DNA from: Nitrososphaerota archaeon
Lineage (GTDB): Archaea > Thermoproteota > Nitrososphaeria_A > Caldarchaeales > Calditenuaceae
DNA length: 64,000 nucleotides
NCBI GenBank assembly: GCA_041641295.1
Contig: JBEPYO010000001.1
Coordinates: forward strand, 160,001-224,000
Reading direction: 5' to 3'
Each line of letters opens with the position of its first letter. Position 1 is the stretch's first letter. The position numbers and the translations under genes are program-made. The notes under the pieces were generated by a model. That model was not told the DNA's origin, searched no databases, and was given only the letters and a program-made list of their open reading frames with translations. Below are positions 1 through 10,401 of this stretch, in pieces.

Positions 1-1
1 G

Positions 2-151
2 GCTCTGTCAGCGAACCACCTCATGCTTGTCGTGCCCTGTCACAGGGTTATTGAGGCTCAGGGAGGGCTTGGAGGGTTCTCAGCAGGTCTGGACTTGAAG
101 AGGAGGCTCATACAGCATGAGAGGAGGCATGCGGGGGAGGAGCTGCGATAA
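2..151 (+). CDS. ogt: Methylated-DNA--protein-cysteine methyltransferase, 3' fragment (5' end outside window)
   Basis: Manual translation ALSANHLMLVVPCHRVIEAQGGLGGFSAGLDLKRRLIQHE* contains the PCHRV active-site motif; stop at 149-151. Confidence 0.9.
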   Translation, partial: ALSANHLMLVVPCHRVIEAQGGLGGFSAGLDLKRRLIQHERRHAGEELR

Positions 152-184
152 AACTAAATCCGCCTCGATACACTGAAGGTTAGA

Positions 185-1759
185 GTGTCGAGACACATTA
201 AGCTCCCGCCCAACGAGGGACAGCATATCGAGTTTAAGGAGAGGCTCATCCCGCTCGTGCATTTGAAGCCCGAGAGGAGGCAGCAGCTAAGCACTCAGCT
301 TAAGTCGCATCTGCTGGAGGGGGGCGGGGTGGCGGTCTATCTATTGGGGGTAAATGATGACGGTGTGGTGGTGGGGCTGAGTGAGTATGATTTGGAGATG
401 AGCCTCTCGGTTCTCTCCGCAGTGGTGGCGGAGAGCGGTGCTAGGATTAGGAGGGTGGAGAGGTTTGAGACGGAGAAGGGCTTGATAGCAAGGGTTGTGA
501 TAGAGTCACTCCCCACGGCTGCTAAGCCGCACATCACTGTGGCCGTGGCGGGCCATGTTAACCACGGCAAGTCGACACTCATCGCCTGCCTCCTCACAAA
601 CCAGCCGGACGACGGTAAAAAGTGGTTATACCTCGACACACTACCCCACGAGGTTGAGAGGAACCTCTCCGCCGATATCCACCTCGCAGTCCTAGGGTTT
701 AAAGGAGGTAAGCCCTTGACGATGAGCAACCCCCTAGACAAGATGGAGCGTGTGAGGATTGTGGAGGAGGGTGAGAAGCTTATCAGCTTCGTGGACACTG
801 TGGGGCATGAGCCTTGGCTAAGGACGACAATCAGGGGCCTTGTGGGGCAGGAAGTGGACTATGGAGTACTCGTCGTTGCTGCGGATGACGGGGTTACACA
901 TCTTACACGCGAGCATCTGGGTATCATGCTAGGCCTAGGAATTCCGGTGATAGTGTGCATCACGAAGAAAGACAAAGTAGCTCAGAGTAGAGTTGTGGAG
1001 GTTAGGGAGGGGGTTGCCCAGCTCCTGAAGAGGGTTGGCCGAATCCCCTTCCTCATACGGGAGCCGTCAGACATAGACGTAGTATACGACAAGACAGGTC
1101 TTGTTGTGCCTATATTAGAGGTCTCTGCGAGGACTCTGGAGGGGTTTGAGAACCTGTACAGACTTTTGGCCCTACTGCCGCAGCGAGAAAAGCCACTTGA
1201 CAAACCATTCCTACTCTACATCGATAGAATCTACGACATCGAGGGTGTTGGGAGCGTGGTCTCTGGCACCGTTAGGCAGGGAAGGCTGAGGGCAGGCGCA
1301 GAACTACTACTCGGCCCCTACCCCGACGGCGGGTTCAAGCGGGTCAAGGCGCGGAGCATAGAGATCCACAACACCAGAGTAGAGGAGGCCGTCGCAGGCT
1401 ATGTCGTCGGAGTCGCGATTAGGGGCGTCGCTCATGACGAAATTCGCAGGGGGATGGTCCTTTGCGATGAGGAGCTCTCGCCCCACGCGGTCTGGAGCTT
1501 TTCCGCTGAGGTCCTAGTACTCAATAATCCTAGCAGGTTCGCCCCCGGATATGAGCCTGTCATGCAGTGCCACACCATATCACAGAGCGTTAGAATTGTG
1601 GAGCTGGATAGGGAGTATGTGAAGCCCGGAGAGCAGGGAAACGCCGTCCTCGAGTTCAAATACAGCCCGATGCTGGTCTATCCGCAAGACAGGTTTGTCT
1701 TGAGGGAGGGACGGACTAAGGGAATAGGGGTAATAAAGAAAATACTCCGATATGCTTGA
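185..1759 (+). CDS. GTPBP1/GTPBP2-like translational GTPase
   Basis: G motifs GHVNHGKST, DTVGHE, TKKD; EF-Tu domain II/III-like C-terminus; N-terminal IEFK...GVNDDG region typical of the GTPBP family. Confidence 0.85.
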   Translation: MSRHIKLPPNEGQHIEFKERLIPLVHLKPERRQQLSTQLKSHLLEGGGVAVYLLGVNDDGVVVGLSEYDLEMSLSVLSAVVAESGARIRRVERFETEKGLIARVVIESLPTAAKPHITVAVAGHVNHGKSTLIACLLTNQPDDGKKWLYLDTLPHEVERNLSADIHLAVLGFKGGKPLTMSNPLDKMERVRIVEEGEKLISFVDTVGHEPWLRTTIRGLVGQEVDYGVLVVAADDGVTHLTREHLGIMLGLGIPVIVCITKKDKVAQSRVVEVREGVAQLLKRVGRIPFLIREPSDIDVVYDKTGLVVPILEVSARTLEGFENLYRLLALLPQREKPLDKPFLLYIDRIYDIEGVGSVVSGTVRQGRLRAGAELLLGPYPDGGFKRVKARSIEIHNTRVEEAVAGYVVGVAIRGVAHDEIRRGMVLCDEELSPHAVWSFSAEVLVLNNPSRFAPGYEPVMQCHTISQSVRIVELDREYVKPGEQGNAVLEFKYSPMLVYPQDRFVLREGRTKGIGVIKKILRYA

Positions 1760-2828
1760 CACGCGGAAGGTAAAGAGGCTGGGAGTTTCAGTTCCAACGA
1801 TTTACGCCGAGAGGATAAGAGAAATTTTGGTGAAAAGGTCCGCGATAGAGCCCTCCCTTAAGCCCCTGAGGACAGGGGACAAAGTTGTCTTCCCCCTCAA
1901 GCCAGATATCCTCCAAGCGGAGGAGATCGTACCACCAGATCTGGGGTGCCAGCTGGTGTGGGAGGAGTTTCAGGAGAGGCGCACAACCCCACGTAGCATT
2001 AGAGAGGCGCTAGCAGGCCTAGTACGCGATGAACTACTCGAAAAACTCCCCTCATCCTACGACATTGTGGGTGATATAGCGGTAGTGCATATACCCGAGG
2101 GTCTTGAACAGCTTGGAGAGCAGATAGGTGAGGCTATAATTCGGGTCAACCCTTCGGTAAAAGTTGTCCTCGGAGAAGCAGGGCCTGTGGAAGGGGTCTA
2201 CAGGACTAGGAGACTCGTACACCTCGCCGGAGAGGCGCGTACATTTACTGCCCACAAGGAGCATGGCTGCGTCTTCCATGTGGACCTTGAGAAGGTCTAT
2301 TTCAATCCGCGGCTCGCAGGCGAGAGGATGAGGATAGCGGGGTTGACGAGGAGTGATGAGGTTGTTGCCGACATGTTCGCCGGTGTCGGCCCCTTCGCGG
2401 TGGCTATTGCTAAACATGCGGGAGCCAGGGTCTACGCCTCGGAGATAAACCCGGAAGCCTATGATTTGCTGGTTAAAAACATCCAGGTCAACAGGCTGAC
2501 TGGGCGTGTAGTGCCACTATTCGGCGACTGCAGAACGACATTCTCTAATAACCAGGTTACCGCGGACAGGGTCGTCATGAACTATCCATCAGACCCATTC
2601 AGCTTCCTCGACACAGCCCTCAAAATCCTACGTGGACGCGGAGTAATCCACCTATACGGCTTCGCAGAAGACACTGAGGAGTGGCGCTCGAAAATACTGG
2701 AGAGGCTGACCGAATTGGGGGCTTCCTGCGACATAATGGTAAAAAGGCTCAAACCGGTCTCGCCCAGCAGAAGCCTCATGGTAGCTGATATTGAGGTTCG
2801 CTCCTCTAGGCCGGCTAGGACCAGTTGA
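1752..2828 (+). CDS. trm5: tRNA (guanine37-N1)-methyltransferase, Trm5/Taw22 family
   Basis: SYDIVGDIA, HKEHGC, VYFNPRL, DMFAGVGPF and DRVVMNYP motifs. Confidence 0.85.
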   Translation: MLDTRKVKRLGVSVPTIYAERIREILVKRSAIEPSLKPLRTGDKVVFPLKPDILQAEEIVPPDLGCQLVWEEFQERRTTPRSIREALAGLVRDELLEKLPSSYDIVGDIAVVHIPEGLEQLGEQIGEAIIRVNPSVKVVLGEAGPVEGVYRTRRLVHLAGEARTFTAHKEHGCVFHVDLEKVYFNPRLAGERMRIAGLTRSDEVVADMFAGVGPFAVAIAKHAGARVYASEINPEAYDLLVKNIQVNRLTGRVVPLFGDCRTTFSNNQVTADRVVMNYPSDPFSFLDTALKILRGRGVIHLYGFAEDTEEWRSKILERLTELGASCDIMVKRLKPVSPSRSLMVADIEVRSSRPARTS

Positions 2829-2887
2829 CCCATGAGGTGGAGAAAGGTTTATCCATCTAGGGAGGGCAGTTAATACTTAGAAGGGGC

Positions 2888-3925
2888 TTGGGTGTAAAGC
2901 TTGGAGACCTAATACCGCAGGAGGCCGTCCAGACAATCCAGCTCAGCGATTTATCCGGGAAAGTAATAGCCATAGACGGGTACAACATCCTCTACCAGTT
3001 CCTCTCGATAATCAGGGGGCCTGATGGGAGACCGCTCCAAGACAGAAAGGGGCGTGTGACCAGCCACCTCAGCGGCCTATTCTTCAGGACAGCAAACTTC
3101 ATCAAGAATGGGATTAAAGTCGTCTATGTCTTTGACGGCCAGCCTCCCCAGCTCAAGAGGGAGACGATAAGGAAGAGGATAGAGCTGAGGGAGAGGGCTA
3201 AAAAGATGTATGAGGCGGCCTTAGCGGCGGGCGAGGTGGAGGAGGCGCGAAAATACGCTACACAGTCAGCAACACTGGAGAAATACATGGTCGAGACCTC
3301 CATACAACTCCTAGAGGCGATGGGTATACCCTCAGTGATAGCGCCGTCGGAGGGAGAAGCCCAAGCAGCATACATGGCCATGCGCGGAGATGCTTGGGCT
3401 TCAGCCTCGCAGGACTACGACTCAATACTCTTCGGGACGCCAAGGCTTGTGCGAAACCTCTCCATCGTTGGGAAAAGAAAACTCCCACGGAAAGACGAGT
3501 ACATAACCGTAGAGCCCGAGGTTGTTTACTCTGACAAGCTCTTCAACTCGCTGGGCATAGGTAGGAGGGAGCTAATCGAAATGGCCATACTGATAGGCAC
3601 AGACTACTTTGAGGGAGTCAAGGGAATCGGGCCGAAAAAGGCCTACGAACTCATAAAGGAGCATGGCTCGGTAGAAAAAGCCTTAGCTGCACTCAACAAA
3701 TCTATCGAGATCGACATAGACGCTGTCAGACAACTCTTCCTCGAGCCCGAAGTAAAAAAGGACTACCAGCTGGATTGGCGTGACATCGACAAGGAAGCTG
3801 TACTAAAGATGCTGTGTGATGAGCACGACTTTTCCCCCGAGCGGGTTGAGAAGGAGCTCAATGAGATCGAGGCAGCTGTGTCCGAGAAAAAGAAGGTAAC
3901 CTCTCTCGACCGATGGCTACTCTAG
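2888..3925 (+). CDS. fen: Flap endonuclease 1
   Basis: IAIDGYNILYQFL, APSEGEAQAA, SQDYDS, GTDY motifs; C-terminal PIP-like TSLDRW. Confidence 0.97.
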   Translation: MGVKLGDLIPQEAVQTIQLSDLSGKVIAIDGYNILYQFLSIIRGPDGRPLQDRKGRVTSHLSGLFFRTANFIKNGIKVVYVFDGQPPQLKRETIRKRIELRERAKKMYEAALAAGEVEEARKYATQSATLEKYMVETSIQLLEAMGIPSVIAPSEGEAQAAYMAMRGDAWASASQDYDSILFGTPRLVRNLSIVGKRKLPRKDEYITVEPEVVYSDKLFNSLGIGRRELIEMAILIGTDYFEGVKGIGPKKAYELIKEHGSVEKALAALNKSIEIDIDAVRQLFLEPEVKKDYQLDWRDIDKEAVLKMLCDEHDFSPERVEKELNEIEAAVSEKKKVTSLDRWLL

Positions 3926-4120
3926 AAGTATGATAAGCCTCCTCTCCTCATCGAGGCTATGAACCCTTACGAGCCCCCGCACCTCGAGAACGATTAGCGC
4001 CTCTCGAAGCTCCTTAGCGCTAGTCACCCTCCCCCTCGTATTCAAAGCCTCCAAGAGGGCTGACTCCATCATCTTCTTATTGTTACGCCTCAAAACCTCG
4101 ACTACGTCTTGTGGATCCAT
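3917..4120 (-). CDS. Small winged-helix-like protein immediately downstream of cdc48
   Basis: 67 aa, starts 8 nt after the cdc48 stop; wHTH-like pattern ELREALIVLEVRGLVRV. Confidence 0.65.
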   Translation of the reverse strand: MDPQDVVEVLRRNNKKMMESALLEALNTRGRVTSAKELREALIVLEVRGLVRVHSLDEERRLIILLE

Positions 4121-4128
4121 AATGGTGA

Positions 4129-6318
4129 TTATCCAAACATTGGGAGTGCCTTCTCTGTGCCGCGCAGGTGCTCCGCGACCTTCTCATACTCTTTGAGCAT
4201 GTTTGGAGTTATACTCGGCTTCACCGTCTTCAGAGCCTCTTGGAAGTCGCTCCACGACACTTGCTGGACATCCTTATCCCTCCTCAATGCGGACATGGCA
4301 GCCTCTCTGCAGAGAGACTCTAAATCAGCCCCCGAGTATCCCTCAGTCATAGCCGCGAGCTTCTTGAGGTCGACATCCGCCGCCAGGGGCATGGACCGAG
4401 TATATATCCTCAGTATCTCGTACCTTCCCTTATCATCGGGCGGTGGAACATAGATCAGCCTGTCAAACCTTCCAGGACGCAGGATTGAGGGGTCCATTAG
4501 GTCTGGCCTGTTCGTGGCCCCAATCACCACAACTTCGCGCAGCTCCTCTATACCGTCCATCTCCGCCAGCAGCTGGCTGGCTACTCTGTGAGTCACGCCC
4601 GAGCTGTCATCCAAGATATCCTTCCTCGGCGCGATGGTCTCTATCTCGTCCAGGAACACTATGCAGGGTGCGGCTTGCCTAGCCTTCCTGAAGACCTCCC
4701 TAATCGCCTTCTCTGACTCACCCACCCACTTTGAATAAATCTCTGGTCCCTTAATGGTTACGAAGTTCGCCTCAGCCTCGGTAGCTATGGCCTTCGCTAG
4801 GAGTGTCTTGCCACATCCGGGTGGGCCGTAGAGAAGTATCCCCTTGGGAGGCCTGATGCCGAGCCTCTCGAATCTGTCAGGATACTTTAGCGGCCATTCA
4901 ATGGCCTCGACCAGCCTCTGCTTCACCTCCGAGAGTCCACCCACATCCTCCCAGCGGACTGTAGGCGTCTCAATCTCAACCTCCCTCAAGGCTGTCGGAG
5001 TAATCTCCCTGTAAGCCTCGTGGAAATCTTTCATGGTCACTTCCAGCGAGTTAAGTATCTCCGGCGATATCCTCTCCTCATTGAAGTCGATGCTCGGGAG
5101 TATTCTCCTGATACACTTCATCGCTGCCTCCCTGCATAGGGCGGCGATGTCCGCGCCAGTATATCCCTTAGTCATCTCGGCGAGCTTGTCAAGGTCAACA
5201 TCAGAGGCAAGAGGCATACCCCTCGTGTGGATCTGGAGTATCTCTCTCCTACCCCGTTTATCAGGTATACCAATCTCGATCTCCCTATCAAAGCGTCCAG
5301 GCCTCCTCAGAGCCGGGTCCAGCGCGTTAGGACGGTTAGTCGCGCCGATAACTATCACCTGCCCCCTGCTTTCAAGACCATCCATCAGTGCTAGGAGCTG
5401 GGCAACAACCCTCTTCTCCACTTCTCCTGTAACCTCACTCCTCTTAGGCGCGATCGCGTCTATCTCGTCAATGAATATTATGCTGGGGGCCTCCTCCTCA
5501 GCCCTCCTGAAAATCTCCCTCAACTTAGCCTCAGTCTCACCATAGTACTTGTTCATGATCTCAGGGCCGTTAATCAGGATGAAGTTAGCCTCAGCCTCGG
5601 TGGCCACCGCCTTGGCTAGGAGTGTCTTACCGCAGCCAGGCGGACCATAGAGCAGCACTCCCTTAGGTGGCTCAATACCGAGGCGCTGGAAGAGCTCGGG
5701 GAACCTGAGTGGGAGCTCAATCATCTCTCTAATCCTCTGTATCTCCTCATCAAGCCCTCCGATGTCCTCATATGTCACATGAGTGCTGAGGGACTTCTCC
5801 TGCACAGCCCTGCTCTGAATCACGATTCTAGTGTTGGGGGTAATCTTAACAACCCCGGTAGGCCTTGTCTGGATTACTGCGAAGTTGAAGAGGTTTCCAA
5901 AGAAGAGTACGGGTACAATGTTCTTCTGTACGACTGGATACTCTATCAGGCGGCTCTTGACAAGCTTCGTGAAGTTTTCATCAGGCTTAATGGTGCTGTT
6001 AACAGGTGCTAGTGTGACAAGCTTCGCCTCCCTAACCTGTGCCTTCCTAACCAGAACATAGTCATTAAGCGATACGCCAGCATTATTTCTTATGTAGCCG
6101 TCAATCCTGATAATGTCCTTCTCCTCCTCAAGATAGCCCAGCCAGAGCGTGGCAACCGCCAGCTTTTTTCCGCGAATCTCAATCACGTCTCCTGTAGCAA
6201 GGCCGGCGGAAGCCCCAACCTCTCTGTCAATCCTAGCTATCCCGTATCCGACATCCCTTTGTCTCGCTTCTGCCACCCTAAGCCTCAACTCATGGACTGG
6301 TTGGATCGAACTACTCAT
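4129..6318 (-). CDS. cdc48: Cdc48/VCP family AAA+ ATPase
   Basis: N-domain plus two AAA modules (GPPGCGKT twice, IFIDEID/VFLDEIE, RPGRFDR). Confidence 0.97.
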   Translation of the reverse strand: MSSSIQPVHELRLRVAEARQRDVGYGIARIDREVGASAGLATGDVIEIRGKKLAVATLWLGYLEEEKDIIRIDGYIRNNAGVSLNDYVLVRKAQVREAKLVTLAPVNSTIKPDENFTKLVKSRLIEYPVVQKNIVPVLFFGNLFNFAVIQTRPTGVVKITPNTRIVIQSRAVQEKSLSTHVTYEDIGGLDEEIQRIREMIELPLRFPELFQRLGIEPPKGVLLYGPPGCGKTLLAKAVATEAEANFILINGPEIMNKYYGETEAKLREIFRRAEEEAPSIIFIDEIDAIAPKRSEVTGEVEKRVVAQLLALMDGLESRGQVIVIGATNRPNALDPALRRPGRFDREIEIGIPDKRGRREILQIHTRGMPLASDVDLDKLAEMTKGYTGADIAALCREAAMKCIRRILPSIDFNEERISPEILNSLEVTMKDFHEAYREITPTALREVEIETPTVRWEDVGGLSEVKQRLVEAIEWPLKYPDRFERLGIRPPKGILLYGPPGCGKTLLAKAIATEAEANFVTIKGPEIYSKWVGESEKAIREVFRKARQAAPCIVFLDEIETIAPRKDILDDSSGVTHRVASQLLAEMDGIEELREVVVIGATNRPDLMDPSILRPGRFDRLIYVPPPDDKGRYEILRIYTRSMPLAADVDLKKLAAMTEGYSGADLESLCREAAMSALRRDKDVQQVSWSDFQEALKTVKPSITPNMLKEYEKVAEHLRGTEKALPMFG

Positions 6319-6400
6319 TGACTCAACCCCAAAATGTAGAGGGGTTTATTTAAGTTGTCCTTCAAAACAAGCTATAGATTATCAGGTATAGGCCGCTCAT

Positions 6401-7666
6401 TTAAAAGACCAGCATCTCCGGCTCAATCCTCCTCTCCTTAATTCCTAGGAGCGTCGAAGGCACCTTTACGCCTCCGTAGAGCTCCACTTCGCCCCGGTCT
6501 AGAGCCAGTGCGGCTGCAATCCTTCCCAGAGAGTCCGCCTTCATGACCCCGCTGCCACTACCCCCAGTCGCCACAACTAGGTTCATCACACGGAAAGCCA
6601 CAGGGTTCTCGTCGATCGTGTTAATAGAGTAGCAGCCAGCCCACTTCGACTGCGGCCTTACACCCTCAATTACTGGGAAAATCTTCCTCAAGAGCGGGTA
6701 TACATTGTCGTAGAAGAAGAGGTCCTCGGCCTCGAAGTCTAGACCCCACCTCCGCCCAATATCGTCACTCAGCCCCATCCAGAGGCTCCTATCCCTCACA
6801 CGCGGGGCTACAAATGGCCCCCTGGGAATAAAGGTCATGGGGAGTGTGTTGAAATCATTGAACCCATCCACGTTAAAGAAGGATTCAAGGCTTCCGCGGG
6901 CAGGAGAGGCGAAGATCTGCCTCTTTTTAGGCTTGATGTAAGAGTCAATCCCCAGCGGGTCTAACAGCTCTTGGCTCCAAGCCCCGGCTGCGAGAATGAA
7001 CCTCTCAGCCTCAAAAGTGCCCTTCGATGTCTCGACCGACTCTACCTGCTTCTCCTGCCAGGCAAAAGGCTCCCTCGGGTGTCCAATCCTGTTCACCGGC
7101 GCCAGCCTAAGCCTCTCAACCCTCGTGTTAAAGAGGAACTCTACACCAGCCTCCACGAGCTTTTCATAATAGAACTGAGCCAGCTTCTCCACATCCAAGT
7201 ATCCGCTTTGGGGAGAGAATATGGCGCCCTTGATAGGCTTCAGCTCTAGGAGCTTAGACTCCTCGTCATCCAAGTCGAGCTCGATAAAGCCTATTCTCTT
7301 CTTGAGATCTTCCTTGGAGAGAAGCATGGCGGAGCCGGCCTGGAGCAGCTCTTGGACGTGCTGAACATATTGATCATACTTGGCTACGTCTAGCAGGATT
7401 AGATAGCCCAGCTGGTGAATCCCCAAGTCATAGCCGCCTTTCTGGACATCCAAGTAGAACTTGACGGTGGTCTCTGAGATAAGCCTGTTAAGCCGAGATG
7501 TGAACAGCCCCATACGGAACCCACCCACGCTCCTCGCTGTATTCCCCTGAGCAGGGCCAGAATTGGCGTCAATGATTAACACCCTGCCACCCTTGTTCTC
7601 GACGAAATGATAGGCAGAGGTCAAACCAACTATCCCCGCGCCAACAACCACTAGGTCATACACCAA
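6401..7666 (-). CDS. FAD-dependent oxidoreductase (DAO / sarcosine oxidase-beta / proline dehydrogenase-like)
   Basis: VVVGAGIVG Rossmann motif, ILAAGAWS, C-terminal GGSGSGVM. Confidence 0.8.
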   Translation of the reverse strand: MVYDLVVVGAGIVGLTSAYHFVENKGGRVLIIDANSGPAQGNTARSVGGFRMGLFTSRLNRLISETTVKFYLDVQKGGYDLGIHQLGYLILLDVAKYDQYVQHVQELLQAGSAMLLSKEDLKKRIGFIELDLDDEESKLLELKPIKGAIFSPQSGYLDVEKLAQFYYEKLVEAGVEFLFNTRVERLRLAPVNRIGHPREPFAWQEKQVESVETSKGTFEAERFILAAGAWSQELLDPLGIDSYIKPKKRQIFASPARGSLESFFNVDGFNDFNTLPMTFIPRGPFVAPRVRDRSLWMGLSDDIGRRWGLDFEAEDLFFYDNVYPLLRKIFPVIEGVRPQSKWAGCYSINTIDENPVAFRVMNLVVATGGSGSGVMKADSLGRIAAALALDRGEVELYGGVKVPSTLLGIKERRIEPEMLVF

Positions 7667-7886
7667 TCACAAACACCAACCGTTCTCAAAAATAATGACA
7701 TGCACTAAAATATGTTTTTAAACCTTCATCCAAACCTCTTATCCGCTTCTACCCCACCGATGATTTACTCAATGGTAATCCACTCTACTAAAAGTCCTAA
7801 GACGCGTAATTGCAAAATCTATAATTCTTTTGTAAATCACTTTGACTGAAAAGAGATATATAGAGCAAGAACGTTGTCTAGACCAC

Positions 7887-9566
7887 ATGACAACGGGCAC
7901 AACAAGTATGAGAGGTGGGAGGAAACTTGTTATTGCTGCCATCGTTGTTGTGATAGCAGTTGTCGCTGCTGTGGGGTTCATTCTCACGAGTACTACTCTG
8001 CCGGGTCAGACGGCGCCGCCTAGAGAGAGGCTGTTGAGGGTCTCGTTTGCCAATGTTCCATACATGGATCCGGCCGTAGGCTCGGATGAGGCGAGCTCGG
8101 TCTACTTCCTAAACGTATATGACACCTTGGTTTATCCAAACAAAGATGGGACCGTCAAGCCACATGTTGCGGAGAAGTGGGAGGTATCCGGAGATGGGAT
8201 GGTCTGGACGTTCCACCTAAGGAAGGGAGTTAAGTTCCACAGTGGGCGAGAACTCAAGGCACAAGATGTAGTCTTCTCACTGAAACGTATGATAACGATA
8301 GGGGAAGGCTATGGTTACTTGTTTAAACCCTATGTAGACCTTGAAAAAACAGTGGCGCTGGACGACTACACTGTTCGGATAGCCCTAACAAAGCCATTCG
8401 GCCCATTCCTTATCACTCTAGTCCGGCTATACATTGTCGATAGTGAGCTAGTTAAACAACACATAGCAGATGGCCCATACGGCGAGATGGGAGATTACGG
8501 GAAGAACTGGCTGATGGCAGGCGAGCAAGATGCCGGGTCAGGCCCCTACAAGCTAGCCGAGCATAAGAGAGGCGAGTCGGTCACACTCGTAAAGTTTGAC
8601 GGGTACTGGGGAGAAACCGCACAAAATTCCCCGACCAAAGTCATAATGTATGGCTTTACAGAGCCCACCACAATACGGACAATGATGGAGAAGAGGCAGC
8701 TGGAGGTGACTGACCAGTGGCAGCCATTGGAAAACTACGACGCAATGGCAAAGATACCTGGGGTTAAGATCGCGAAAGTGCCTTCAGCGATGGTCTTCTA
8801 CATTATGCTCCATACAAAGAAACCACCAACTGATGACGTGCATGTCAGGAGGGCAATTACACTAGCATTTGACTATGAGACGGCCATAAATGACATAATG
8901 CCTTTCGAGAAGCGTCCTTCAGGCCCTGTACCAAGCATGCTTCCAGGTGCGGATCCGGCTAGAAAACCAGTGGAGAGGAATATAGAGGCTGCGAAGGAGG
9001 AGCTTAAGAAATCGAAGTATTGGGGGCAGCTTGACCAGTACCCAATCGAGTTCTGGTGGATTGCTGAAGTCCCGTGGGAGGAGAGGGTGGCGTTGCTCTT
9101 CAAGCTTAACATGGAGGAGATAGGGCTTAAAGTCAACGTAGTGAAGGTACCCTGGCTCTCAGTAGTAGAGGGTATGACAAAGATGGAGACAACGCCGAAC
9201 GCAGTATCGATATTTGTGATCGCACATTATGCTGAGGCAGGATCCATACTCATGTCGCGATACCACTCGGCAGCTACTGGAACATGGGAGCAGGGTGAAT
9301 GGTTAATGAACCCAGAAATTGATAAAATGATAGAGGAGGCCCTAGCTACCATAGACTTTAATCAGAGGATGCAGAAGTACTATGAGATACAGAGAAAGCT
9401 TGATGAGCTGGCTCCCTCAGTGTTCGTTTACGAGCACGTAGTCCTCAGAGCCTATCAGGCAGACTATATTGACTACCCGGCTGCTAGGGGCGAGGTTCTA
9501 CCAATAGCGGAATACGAGCTGGACTTCAGATGGTTCCAAGTCTTCCCCGAAAAAATCCCTAAGTGA
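7887..9566 (+). CDS. ABC transporter substrate-binding protein, family 5 (Dpp/Opp-like)
   Basis: N-terminal membrane anchor; YDTLV, WTFHLRKGVKFHSG and GSGPYKL motifs. Start placed at ATG 7887, about 25 nt after a TATA-like GATATATAG (ORF track starts 7842). Confidence 0.9.
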   Translation: MTTGTTSMRGGRKLVIAAIVVVIAVVAAVGFILTSTTLPGQTAPPRERLLRVSFANVPYMDPAVGSDEASSVYFLNVYDTLVYPNKDGTVKPHVAEKWEVSGDGMVWTFHLRKGVKFHSGRELKAQDVVFSLKRMITIGEGYGYLFKPYVDLEKTVALDDYTVRIALTKPFGPFLITLVRLYIVDSELVKQHIADGPYGEMGDYGKNWLMAGEQDAGSGPYKLAEHKRGESVTLVKFDGYWGETAQNSPTKVIMYGFTEPTTIRTMMEKRQLEVTDQWQPLENYDAMAKIPGVKIAKVPSAMVFYIMLHTKKPPTDDVHVRRAITLAFDYETAINDIMPFEKRPSGPVPSMLPGADPARKPVERNIEAAKEELKKSKYWGQLDQYPIEFWWIAEVPWEERVALLFKLNMEEIGLKVNVVKVPWLSVVEGMTKMETTPNAVSIFVIAHYAEAGSILMSRYHSAATGTWEQGEWLMNPEIDKMIEEALATIDFNQRMQKYYEIQRKLDELAPSVFVYEHVVLRAYQADYIDYPAARGEVLPIAEYELDFRWFQVFPEKIPK

Positions 9567-9619
9567 TGCGACACTTCATGCAGACGTTTACCTCAGATAT
9601 TTTTGTGGGTGGTCATTAA

Positions 9620-10363
9620 ATGGCTAGAGTATTGTTTATCAACCCTGTCGGGACCTCAATCTTCGATAAACCTATGAAAGAATACTTAGAAGAATACATA
9701 GAACCGTCAACAAAGTTAGACGTAGTCTCCTTCAAATCGGGTCCACACCATCTCGAATACTATGCCTACGACGCATTAATGGTGCCTCACATATTGAGTG
9801 AAGTTAAAAAAGCTGAAAGAGAGGGGTACGATGCCTGCATAATAGGCTGCTTCTACGACCCTGGACTAAGAGAGGCACGTGAAATAAGCAATATCGTCGT
9901 AACTGCACCACTCGAATCGTCAACAACGACGGCGTTATCACTGGGAGACAAATTCTCAATTATAGTGGGTCGTAAGAAGTGGATTCCGCTGATGATGAGT
10001 AGAATTAAGGAATATGGTTTAGAGGATAGGCTCGTATCTTTTAAGGACATAGAGATGGGAGTCCACGACCTTCATAAGGATGAGAGTGAAACGGAGAGAA
10101 GACTCATGGAAGTTGTCAAGGAGAGCGTCGATGAAGGAGCTGAGGTAGTGATATTGGGGTGCACAGTCTTTTTCGGCTTCTACCGTGAGGTGCAAAAAAG
10201 GTTCGGAATACCTGTAATAGACCCAATCATTGCTTCCCTTAAGCACGCCGAACAATGTGTAAGGCTCAAAGAATTATGCGGCTGGGCGCATAGCAGAAAA
10301 TATACCTATGAGCCCCCGCCGGTTTCCGAGCTCCAGAAATGGGGCCTAACGGAGCTGTTATGA
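9620..10363 (+). CDS. Hydantoin racemase / Asp-Glu racemase family protein
   Basis: INPV N-terminus; two catalytic-Cys motifs IGCFYDPG and ILGCT; GIPVIDP. Confidence 0.85.
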   Translation: MARVLFINPVGTSIFDKPMKEYLEEYIEPSTKLDVVSFKSGPHHLEYYAYDALMVPHILSEVKKAEREGYDACIIGCFYDPGLREAREISNIVVTAPLESSTTTALSLGDKFSIIVGRKKWIPLMMSRIKEYGLEDRLVSFKDIEMGVHDLHKDESETERRLMEVVKESVDEGAEVVILGCTVFFGFYREVQKRFGIPVIDPIIASLKHAEQCVRLKELCGWAHSRKYTYEPPPVSELQKWGLTELL

Positions 10364-10401
10364 CCCGCCTTTGCGGGAGAATCCATGGATAATGAGGGGC
10401 C

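Noticed and set aside
10364-10377. Hairpin CCCGC-CTTT-GCGGG after the racemase gene
   Set aside because: Only 5 bp with no U-tract; too weak to call a terminator
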